A DNA stretch of 64,000 nt. It comes from a virus. The DNA lies in the IMG/VR virus record IMGVR_UViG_3300028833_000003. The stretch is one strand, 5' to 3'. The stretch's first letter is position 1. Every line of letters starts with the position of its first letter. Position numbers and translations under genes: made by a program. The notes beneath the pieces are model-generated. The model made no database searches, was not told the DNA's origin, and worked only from the letters and a program-made list of their open reading frames with translations. Positions 51,157 through 60,700 of the stretch are shown here, piece after piece.

Positions 51157-51414
51157 ATGGCTTATCTTTTGAATACAGTAGAAACGTATCAGGTAGCAAC
51201 TGAGCAAGAAGCACTTAATATGCGTGAAGCGTTTTCTAATCAACCTGAGTATGAATTAGAAAGTTTTAGTTATACTTGTAAATATGATAAAAAGGCTGAT
51301 GAAGACTATGTAGTTGTTAAAGTAAAGAAGTTTGTCAATAAAGAAAAAGATTGCAAACGTGATGTTATAACTAGTATTCTTCCAAGAGCCGGAATAGGAG
51401 ATACCACATGGTAA
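51157..51414 (+). CDS. Hypothetical protein
   Basis: ATG lies 6 nt after GAGGAGGA and is internal to track ORF 51133. Confidence 0.5.
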   Translation: MAYLLNTVETYQVATEQEALNMREAFSNQPEYELESFSYTCKYDKKADEDYVVVKVKKFVNKEKDCKRDVITSILPRAGIGDTTW

Positions 51415-52010
51415 TTGATGCAGAATTTAAATGTGTAAAACAATATGAAGGTTAGGAAGAGCAACTACTTCCTAGACGCGCAACCGCGGGCTCTGCTGGA
51501 TATGATTTTATTGTAGCAGAAGATACAATAGTCCCAGCAATGGAAAAACAATTTTTTGATTTTGAAAAAAGATACCAAGCCTATGTGAAAGAACGGTATC
51601 AGAGCTTTGAAGACTACGCTAAAACTGAAACAGAAGATGGCGCGCTTTCTTTGGATAGGTTAAAGCAATTCTGTAAGTTATGGAAGATTAAACCCACACT
51701 TGTTCCTACTGGCGTTAAGGCAAGAATGCCAAAAGACTATTATCTGCAATTAAGTGTGCGGTCGAGCCTACCTTTAAATGATTGGCTTATTCTTGCTAAT
51801 GGCGTAGGCATTATAGATAGCGATTACTATGATAATCCCGATAATGAAGGGCATATTTTCTTCCAATTAATCAATCTCCATCCTGCTGACATTATTCTCC
51901 ATAAAGGTGATAGGATTGGACAAGGTGTGTTTCTCCCCTACTACACCGTGCTATCTGAAAACACTGTGGTTGATGAACGTACTGGCGGGTTTGGTTCTAC
52001 AAATGGCTAA
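51408..52010 (+). CDS. dut: dUTPase with an insertion of roughly 50 aa (one in-frame TAG at 51453)
   Basis: AGSAGYD (motif 1), RSS (motif 2), GIIDSDY (motif 3), GDRIGQ (motif 4), GGFGSTNG (motif 5). A long insert lies between motifs 1 and 2. Confidence 0.8.
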
Positions 52011-52491
52011 AATTCTCGCATATGACCAGGCTTCGAGAGTATCGGGCTGGTCATTTTTTGTTGATGGGGAGTTAAAAGACTACGGGCACTTTTCCTTTGA
52101 ATTTACAAACTTTGCTCTTCGCTTGCTTAGGATTTGTTAGCAAATGGAGGAGCAAATTAAGAAATACGAGCCAGACGTTATCCTATTAGAAAATATTTCT
52201 CTAGAAGGGAGAGGACCCGTTAATGTATCTACTTTTTAGAAGCTCGCGCAAGTGCAAGGCGCAATGATGATGACTGCGCAAGCGCACGATATTGAAGCAA
52301 AATTAGTTTATCCAAGTGAGTGGAGAGCGAAATGTAATTTCCTTAAAGGTGAAGATAAGCACCGAGATAATTAGAAACGTATCGCTCAATAGTGGGTTCT
52401 ATCAACATTTAATAAAAAATGCACACAAGATGAGGCGGATGCAATATGTATAGGATATAGCGAAACAGCTAATGAAATGATGACGTGGTAA
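52003..52491 (+). CDS. RuvC-like Holliday-junction resolvase (four in-frame TAGs: 52138, 52237, 52372, 52390)
   Basis: ILAYDQAS (Asp1), LLEN (Glu), KLAQVQGA, and QDEADAICIG (C-terminal acidic pair). The frame is open to TAA 52489 only if TAG is sense. Confidence 0.7.
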
Positions 52492-52561
52492 TTAAATGGG
52501 TAGGTCTAGTTGGAAGACATACCCTATTTTTTATATTCAACGAGAGGAGGGTGCTGCCAAT

Positions 52562-53038
52562 ATGGAACAGTATGATTTGCTGGAATACTTTCTAAAATGG
52601 TTTATTCCCTTCGCTTGTGCTGGATTGTTTGCGGTGTGTGTCAAACCACTAATTGATGCTATTAAACGCGGCAAACGCAGTGCGCGCGATGAGGAATTTA
52701 AACGTGCTTTTGAGCATGAAATTGCTCCTGTATAGGAATAGTTACAAACTATTGCTACCAAGAGTGAAAGAGAGGATAGTCGTTTAGAGGGGAAAATTGA
52801 CGGGCTGTCCAAAGAAATTCAGCAGGCCACCGCCGGTTTGCGCGAAGCCATTTTGGTTACTCACTTACGAGATTTAATCGCAGACAGCAAGCGCTATATA
52901 AATCAAGGTTGGTTATCAGCCGATGAGTGGGAAGATTATGATAACAGATATAACGTATATAAAATGCTCGGCGGAAATGGACATATGGATGCTTGGTACC
53001 CCAAAGTAAAAAATTTACCGCAACATCCAGTTATATAA
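52562..53038 (+). CDS. Membrane-anchored coiled-coil protein (two in-frame TAGs: 52733, 52739)
   Basis: ATG lies 10 nt after GAGAGGAGGG. One N-terminal TM segment. Track ORFs 52496 and 52838 share the frame. This is the last plus-strand gene. Confidence 0.55.
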
Positions 53039-53040
53039 AA

Positions 53041-53089
53041 AAAAATAAAGGGACGTAGATAAAAAATCTACGTCCCTTTATTTTTTTTT
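53041..53089. terminator. Bidirectional terminator at the convergence of the plus and minus modules
   Basis: AAAGGGACGTAGAT-AAAAA-ATCTACGTCCCTTT, flanked by an A-run on one side and a T-run on the other. Confidence 0.9.
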
Positions 53090-53492
53090 ACCCTACAACA
53101 GGTGTTTTCTTTTCATTAACCAATGATTCAATATATGCCTTAGTGAATAGATCAAAATCACCTACGACCGCGGTTAGATACTGCTTAGCATCTTCACTTA
53201 ATACTGTAATTACGCTATTGTAAGTTAATTGAAATGCTTCTTTCTGTGCTTCCGCAGTGAAAGCATTTTTATTCTTTAAAGCATTAACATAAGTTTGGTT
53301 CGTCATTTCTACGCAACGAGCAACTGTATCTTCAAACATACTTAAATACTTGTAATATACAGTATCCTCTTGACCAGCTTTATAATTGTCGATCTTTGCG
53401 CGAACCCACTTAACAAAATAAGTAGTCAATATCCCCAAAAAAGGAATGATAACTAACTTAAAAATCTCATTTAAAATTTCAGCCCAATTCAT
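53088..53492 (-). CDS. Holin-like membrane protein (LL-H-type pattern)
   Basis: The chosen start ATG (MNWAEIL...) lies 9 nt after GGAGGA. One N-terminal TM segment (IIPFLGILTTYFV). The long amphipathic C-terminus ending ...YIESLV recalls the Holin_LLH family. No TAG. Confidence 0.55.
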   Translation of the reverse strand: MNWAEILNEIFKLVIIPFLGILTTYFVKWVRAKIDNYKAGQEDTVYYKYLSMFEDTVARCVEMTNQTYVNALKNKNAFTAEAQKEAFQLTYNSVITVLSEDAKQYLTAVVGDFDLFTKAYIESLVNEKKTPVVG

Positions 53493-53712
53493 TGTCATAA
53501 TCCTCCGAATTATCTTCTTCGTTATTATCACTAATTGCTGCTGCATCTTGTATTTCTTTGTATGTTTCACTTATCTTTTTATAATTCTCAATACCTGCTT
53601 TTGCAGTATAACCCAAACGTAAGGAAACATATACTGTTGTTACACCAGCCAAGGCGCTTGAACCAAAAGATGCTAATCCTTGATTAATAACAACAATAGC
53701 AAGAATTGCCAA
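53479..53712 (-). CDS. Two-TM holin-like protein with a charged C-terminus (start unresolved)
   Basis: Track ORF starting at TTG. The frame stays open upstream to 53769 with no ATG or GTG. It has two hydrophobic segments and an acidic tail. No TAG. Confidence 0.45.
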   Translation of the reverse strand: MAILAIVVINQGLASFGSSALAGVTTVYVSLRLGYTAKAGIENYKKISETYKEIQDAAAISDNNEEDNSEDYDNELG

Positions 53713-53764
53713 GAGTGATACAGCATATACGACAATATCTATAATAGTAAGTCGCTTACTCCAT

Positions 53765-55183
53765 TCAAGCGGTCGCTGTTGTCGCTTTCGCTAATTTTTG
53801 GAGCGCTGCTACTAATTCTTTTGCTTCTATCTCACTTGAACACGCCACCTTTACATACCAAGATTTTGGTGTATCAGGTGTGGTAGGTTCAACAGGCACA
53901 GATACAGGAATTAAAAATTCATTCATCATATATCCGGTCTGTCCGTTATACATAATGCGGTCCCATTCAGTGCCATGATCAATAATATCAACAATAGTCC
54001 CAGTTGATATTTTTGCTATTACACCAAAATTAGTGCCCGCGCCAGAACGCATACGCACTGTCGTGCCGCTTTTTGATTTTACTGTTGCCTAGTATAACAC
54101 TGATAAAACCTCCCCTTCTGATGTACCAGCATTTGCTAGTTCTTCTGGTGTATATAAACCCGCGGGGATTGCATAGTGCGTCCAGCCATATGTACCTAAT
54201 TCTTGACGTTTAACGCCAGACTTGCTACCAGCTGCATGCATAAAAGTGCCATCGCCCAGATAAACACCAGTATGTGACATTGGATTAGATGTTGGTGATT
54301 CATGATATAAAGCACAAATCTTATCTTTTGGCATCTAATCAATTGGTCCTTTTCGCACCCAGATACTTGATTTCCATTGTGAAGATGCGCCAGATACTAA
54401 GGAAATACCAATTTGCGCGAAGCATAACTTCGTAAATCCTTGGCAATCATAAACCTACTTACCGAGCCACTTCTTTACAATGTTATAATCAACTTTGTCT
54501 GGATATTGAGCAATACGCGCACGAATAAATTGTTCGGTTGCAATTTGTCCTTGAGCACCATAGATATAACCACAACCTTCTTTACTTAACGCATACTCTC
54601 TGATTACTTTCTCTTTCTCCTATGAGGTCATTACTTCAAATACCTCCTTTACTACTGCACCAGGATAATAAAATTGTAAAATATCCTAATATGTAAAGCC
54701 CATATTTGCCATCTTCTTTGCGCCAACTTGGCTCATACCAACACAATGTCCATTGCGCGCAGTAGTTGTATAGGGGTCATCTTTACTAACTAGCCAAGCG
54801 CGTTCTCCACCCCAGACTTCTTTAGAGCTTTTTATATGTCCGCCATTGCTAGAAGAGAAAGGCACTGGGCTACATAAAGTGTTTTTATATGTTAAAACTA
54901 ATGCATTAGTTGCTTCAACACAACGATAAGTAGCAGCATAAGCATTATCAATTGATCTCGAATATCGATATGCCTAATGCTTAGCGCTATTATCTGTCAT
55001 ATTTTTAATAGTATAAGCATTAGTTCGTGCGGCAATTGCTTGGGCTTTTACAGCTTCATCCGGCCCATTCATTTCACTAGGAACACAACCTAGCAAATAT
55101 GTTTCTGGATGAATATTGATCGTGTCATTAACATTAACGCCCCAAGCTTCCGCATTACTTTCTCTTGTTAAAGTTAATCTCAT
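53765..55183 (-). CDS. Three-domain endolysin: SpoIID-like, NlpC/P60 and SH3 (six in-frame TAGs; plus-strand 'cta' at 54974, 54686, 54620, 54455, 54335, 54089)
   Basis: LLGCVPSEM..P.EAVKAQAIAARTNA and GHCVGMSQVGA...ILQFYYPG are SpoIID-like. YDCQGF ... HTGVYLGDGTFMHA is NlpC/P60. TVRMRSGAGTNFGVI...G..V......W.RI...G.TGYM is SH3. There is no TAA or TGA between the domains. ATG 55183 lies 7 nt after GGAGA and overlaps the upstream TAA. Confidence 0.8.
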
Positions 55184-56343
55184 TATAATTTCTCCAATAA
55201 AAGCGCCCATTGCGCATGTGTTATGGGGGTTTCAACTTCATCTATATTATCTGGGATTTCATAATTTTCATTACGCCCTTGCAATTGATGCATTAATATA
55301 TCGTAATGGTTCTACGTAATTGGAATGTCATAATCCCAATCCAAAGTGTTAATAGCTGGCATAATGGCTGCCATTTGCGCACTTTCTTGTGTTAATCTAT
55401 TAACATGGCCGATAAACTAACGACATAATGTATATGCAGTCATTAAGTCATCAATCTAAAACATAGTTTCATTCTCATCTTCTAATGTATCAATAAAAAC
55501 AAAAGAAGCGCTTCGATAGAATTCATTTGATGTATCTAATGAACAACCTGCTGAACCAACTATTTTAGAGTCTAAAACTGCACATACTTTAACATATAAT
55601 GAAGGTGTTGTGTTAATTTCATTATAGTTTTTTGTACCAAGAAACGATGTTAAAGGAACAATCATAGATGTCTAATTTGTACGTTCCGTATCAATCCAAC
55701 CTAAAGAAACTAATTCTCCACTGTTTGGAGTTAATAATGTTTTATCATTAGGCCCAGCAAATACACCCACAGAATAATGATCAATTGTACCAGTAAAATT
55801 TTCTGGTGGAGACCAGCGCACCGCTACACGATTATAATACTAAGGCCATACTTCTATTTCTACTGGCGCTGGAATAGAAGTATCAATAGTTAAACTACGA
55901 TAGTAAATACGTACATCTACATAACTAATAATAATCGTTCCATTAATTGCGTAAGGCCAAAATGTAATCTAAAAAGTTTGGCTTGTCTTATTAGTCAAAC
56001 CTGTTATTTCATATTCATAACTGCCAAACGTTGAACCATTAATATTGCGAACTGGAAACTCTGAACTTTCTAAATAGTTAGTCCCGAAACCAACTCGTCC
56101 TTTACAATTCATTTCATAGTTAAAATCAATAACAGCTTTTGTAATTTCAACTCCGCCAGGAGGAGGATTACGTAATGTACAATTAATAGAAATAGTAGTG
56201 CCGCAGAATTGTAATTCTTCAACTGCTGCGGCCTGTGGAACATGTATATAAGTCGCCGGAGTTTCGGCGCACTATGAACTACTTTTAATTGGTTGCCCAG
56301 ATGCTATGGGATAATATGTATATTTACAATTTACATTCGCCAT
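55183..56343 (-). CDS. Structural protein with an FN3-like segment (seven in-frame TAGs)
   Basis: One frame is open from ATG 56343 to TAA 55183-55185. 'cta' at 56272, 55969, 55840, 55672, 55456, 55417 and 55312. VAVRWSPPENFTGTIDHYSV is FN3-like. Confidence 0.55.
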
Positions 56344-56366
56344 AGTGCGCCATCACTCCTTATAAA

Positions 56367-56705
56367 TTATTCACCATCATCTGCGTCTAAATCTTCACTA
56401 GAAGAAAAATTAACATACATTTCAAAATTGTCTCCACCATTGTATGTTTCTTGAATAGATGTAATTCTACCTTGAACATCATTTAAATCATAAATATTAT
56501 TACCACTATCACCTTTAATAGTAATACGAGAAACAGTCTGTGGCATTAAAGTATTCAAGAAAGTGGCGGTACTTGCACCAGGAACCAAACTAATATAAGC
56601 ATTGCTTACTAAATCATTCTGTTCCTTGTCATATGTAGTAGTACGACTATAATTTACGAGTTGAATAGCATGAGCTGCGTCACTATTAAAAATAATTGTT
56701 GCCAT
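56367..56705 (-). CDS. Hypothetical protein with an acidic C-terminus
   Basis: ATG lies 8 nt after AAGGAGG and is internal to track ORF 56367..56753. No TAG. Confidence 0.55.
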   Translation of the reverse strand: MATIIFNSDAAHAIQLVNYSRTTTYDKEQNDLVSNAYISLVPGASTATFLNTLMPQTVSRITIKGDSGNNIYDLNDVQGRITSIQETYNGGDNFEMYVNFSSSEDLDADDGE

Positions 56706-56718
56706 TAAAATGACCTCC

Positions 56719-57702
56719 TTATAAATTACCAAATAATAGTATATAACTATCATCTATTGTATTTATATCAGTAGCGCTCGCCCAGCACCATACTGACATA
56801 ATCGCATTAAATAACATATCTTTATTTGTCTATGTTATCTAATTATCTTTAAGTAATTGGCCTACTCTTTTATCAAAATTTGACCGTAAAATTTTTTCAT
56901 CATAACCATCTTTATTTTTTCGCATCTAACAATCCCATAATTTTCCATCACAATCAATAGTGAATGAATCAATGCCTGCCATACAATGCGGAGTTTGTTT
57001 AGGTACTTCTATGGTTCCAAACCATTTATAATAATTCTCTGCATCATAACCGAAATAACGACCAGGCACTTCAATGGTCGGCTTTGCACCGATATCATCA
57101 ATATTAATATATGGTCTTTTTTCTACTAAAGGTATCATTTTATCATGTAATTCCTACGCCCATGCATACCAAACTGTAGAGTCGGTGCGCAAATTAATTT
57201 TAGTTAATGTCGATTTAGTAGATATTTTTAACTAAAAATTATTGGTCGGCATTTTCGTTGGGCAAGAATAAATTAAATGCTCTAGCGCGCGGATTGAATT
57301 TTTATACGCACCTTTCTAACGATTAAAATCATTCATATCTTCTGGACCATCAATATTAAATTGGATATGTAATGTTACATCATATGATAATAATGGCATG
57401 ACGAAATAACGGTATAATTCTGATGTACCGTTTGTAGAAAACATAATATTTTTGATTTGCGGCCATCGCTTTAAAATTGCAGTAATCATTGCTGAAAAAT
57501 ATGGTCCATTAAGTGATGGCTCCATTCCCCATAATCCAATACTGGTAGTTTCTGGGGTGATAGTTTCAAGAATGGTTTTTGTAAATGAACCATTCTTGAA
57601 ACACTCCTAAATGCGTTTATTATCATGCTCTTGATATTGCATACAACAATAAGCACATTTTAAATTACATGCATCGGAAAAATAAATGTTAAGATTTTTC
57701 AT
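56719..57702 (-). CDS. Radical-SAM enzyme with a Twitch/partial-SPASM C-terminal motif (seven in-frame TAGs)
   Basis: N-terminal CNLKCAYC (Cx3Cx2C) at residues 12-19. HCMAGIDSFTIDCDGKLWDC equals C-x12-G-x4-C. Track ORFs 57316 and 56926 share the frame with ATG 57702. 'cta' at 57607, 57316, 57232, 57154, 56926, 56839 and 56830. TAA at 56719. Confidence 0.75.
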
Positions 57703-57793
57703 CTTTTATTTGCACTCCACATAAAGCATTACATAAAACATTACAAAACGAAGTTTCTGTAATATTTTGATTATTATCTTCTTGCCAACGCAT
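57689..57793 (-). CDS. 34-codon Cys-x3-Cys-x3-Cys peptide ORF, translationally coupled to the radical-SAM gene (candidate precursor peptide)
   Basis: MRWQEDNNQNITETSFCNVLCNALCGVQIKDEKS. ATG lies 8 nt after AAGGTG. Its TAA lies 11 nt downstream of the radical-SAM ATG, giving a 14-nt overlap. No TAG. Confidence 0.45.
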   Translation of the reverse strand: MRWQEDNNQNITETSFCNVLCNALCGVQIKDEKS

Positions 57794-57795
57794 TT

Positions 57796-60700
57796 TTATT
57801 TCACCTTAATCCATATTCTATTATTTACAGGAACTGCCTTTTCACCCCAAATTGTGTATTCAGGTACTTCACTAACATAGCCTATAATACAATCAGGATA
57901 CTAAACAATCTCTTCTCTTGTCATAATATCTATCGTACCATTAGGAGCAGCACATACTGCCATACCAGCGTGATAATTTGTTCTATCTTGATATGTATAT
58001 ACTAGAACACGACCAGCAACAGCCACTGGTGTTTTAGCCGTTTCAGTTTCACCTTGCGCAAAACCATAGGTATCAGATACAATAGAAGCGCCTGGTATTA
58101 GACGTTCTTCTGTACGAGTCATAATACCATTGTCATTTTCTTGTACGCAACGTCCAGCTTCTAATTCTGTCGTGCAACGATATTCCGCATAGTCATTCCA
58201 AGCAGCGCCCATTAAAACGCCAGCAGATAAATCAGAATAAATTGCACTACTGCCCAAATATAAACATGCTTTACTACTAGCATTAGCACGCCAAATTATA
58301 GCATCTGTAGTTGGATTTGCAGAAGGACCTGTAAAAACTAATTGTTTTCCTCTTCCAACTGTTATATTTTCAGTTGATGTAATACCAGCTGCCGTTAAAG
58401 CACCTGCAGATGATATATATGCACCTGCTGAAGCACATGGTACAATATTAGTTTGCTCTGCACTACCGCTTGGTGTGGTAGGCGTACCCAATAAATACGC
58501 TGTCCAAGTTGGTGATGTGGCAACTTTAACATTAACAAATTTATCAGTAGTAGTTATCTATGCCCATGTTGGCTCACCACTACCATTTGATTTTAAATAA
58601 TAGTTCTTAGTACCAGCACTAGTAGGAGCGTAGAAACTAGCTGATGTAGTTGCTGTACCATTTAATGTGACAGTACTTCCATCGCCCCATTCAGGCACAC
58701 TAGCACCCATTTTTAAGAATTTACCAGCCGCACCTTTACCTAAACGTGTTGGTGTATTAGCAGCAGACCAATAAATTATATCACCTGCGTGAGTACCAAT
58801 AGATTTAGGAATTGCATAGTCAGAAAAATTTAACTAATCTAATACATTAACCCAACCGCCATTAGTAGTGCTATTTTGAAGAGCACCACCTGCTACGCGT
58901 TTATAATAAATACCATTTGCATTAAATGGAATTGCGAGGTCAGTATAATAACCAGAATTATTTGCATGATTACATCTAATAATATGAGTCCAAGTAGCAC
59001 TAGAAAATGGAGTATCATTTACTTTAACTGCTCCCTATCTAGCAGCACTAATATTGAAATATTGTAAGCCATTCCAACCATAGTCCATACGTGTATTGCT
59101 ACTTAATTGCGTTGATGTAGTTGCAGTTGTAGCATTACCAGACAAAGTACCAGTAATTGTGTATCCACCAGTAATTGTTTTAGCATATGGATCAATAACT
59201 AATGCAGTACCGACACCAGTTTTTGTCGTTCCATCAGCAGATGCAATACCAAAAATACGGAAATTACTATTTAAATTATCTAAAACAATACCCGCTTTTG
59301 TTGTTGCATTTGCGGCAGCACATAAATGAAGTTCTCCACCTTCGCCAGAGCCATCTGGTTTAATATCTATAGTACCATTGAAATAGCTTGGTCCAGCAAC
59401 AGTTAAGTTATATGATGAATTAAAGTTACTATTAACAGCCAATCGAGAAGTAGCTTTAATACCATTGGTTCTAAAAGCGGCGCCTCTACTTTCAGATGTT
59501 ATAAGTCCAATAGTAAAATCAAATAATGAATCTGCTGAAGTATTATATCTGTCACCAATAAAATATGCTTTTTGGCTACCATCATTAAAAATTAATTTTG
59601 GGCCACCTAATGATTCATTATAAGCCGCTGTTGCACCTGTATCTGATCCAGAGACAGTTCCAGTTATCATAACATTGCCATTAAATGTAGTACCAAGTGT
59701 ATTATAGTCTATTGATATTGCATTTTTTGAATATGTAGTTTGCGCAGATGTAGTATAATTAGTATTAAACTATAATAAACCAGATGTATTCAAAATCTAC
59801 CAAGACGCACTAGAATTACGATAAAACTCAAGACCTACGGCAGCTGTTCCAGCACCTTTTAAAACTAATTTACCAGTTTGCGTAGTAGTAGATGAATTAT
59901 CTGCACCATCAATTAATAAACCAGTGGTTGTTGCAGTAATGCGCGCGCTATAATCAGCAGTGCTAGTATTTGTTGCGTGGAAATCAATATATTTACCAAT
60001 TTCCATTACACCATCAGAGCCAATTAATGGCGTACCTCTAAAATAAGCACCAGCTGCTGGGGCTAAATTAGATCTATAATTACTTAAACCAAGAATGGTC
60101 GCTCCGTTGGTTTCATCTAAAATGCGGCGCCAAGATTGCCAAGTGCCATTATTTTTACCGCGCACACTTAACTGTCCAGTTCGATAATCCTAAAAAATTT
60201 CTGTTATCCAAGAATTATTATACCACTGTGAAATTAATGCACCATCTGTCTATTGATAATTCCAAGCAGCTTTAGTCAAGCCAGATACATAGCCTAGTGC
60301 ATTAGTGCCAGGGCCATTACCATCAATACCAAGATTTGTGCTTGTGGTAACTTTAAAATTAGTTAAATTAGATGCGGTGGTAGAAGTATCAGAACTATTA
60401 GCATGATTAACTGTGCCACCATCTACTGCAACAGTTACATCATCATATGCAATCGCTCCAATACTTGTAGTAACATCAGGATAAACTTCAATAGATGTTT
60501 TTTTATCATCCGCTGTTGTATTATTTACTTCCGTACTTGCAAGCAATGTCCATGCATAATTAGCACCTTCTAATAAGTATGCATATGCACGCATATAAGT
60601 ACCACATTTTACATACACATCACATTGCGCAGATTGACCAGAAGCACCTTTACGAGCAATTCTAACATCACCAACTGCAAAACCATAACGCACTATCCAA

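Noticed and set aside
54629-54631. The ATG with upstream GGAGG as the start of a separate NlpC/P60-SH3 endolysin gene.
   Set aside because: It is in frame with the SpoIID-like domain upstream and no TAA or TGA lies between them. The single long ORF is more parsimonious. It is kept as a possible internal start.
59096-59329. Plus-strand ORFs 59096-59329 and 58876-59067, and the minus-strand off-frame ORF 61239-61457, all inside the tail-fibre gene.
   Set aside because: They overlap a 5.96-kb continuous frame with a strong RBS. Their translations are low-complexity artefacts of the Gly/Ser/Thr/Asn-rich coding strand.
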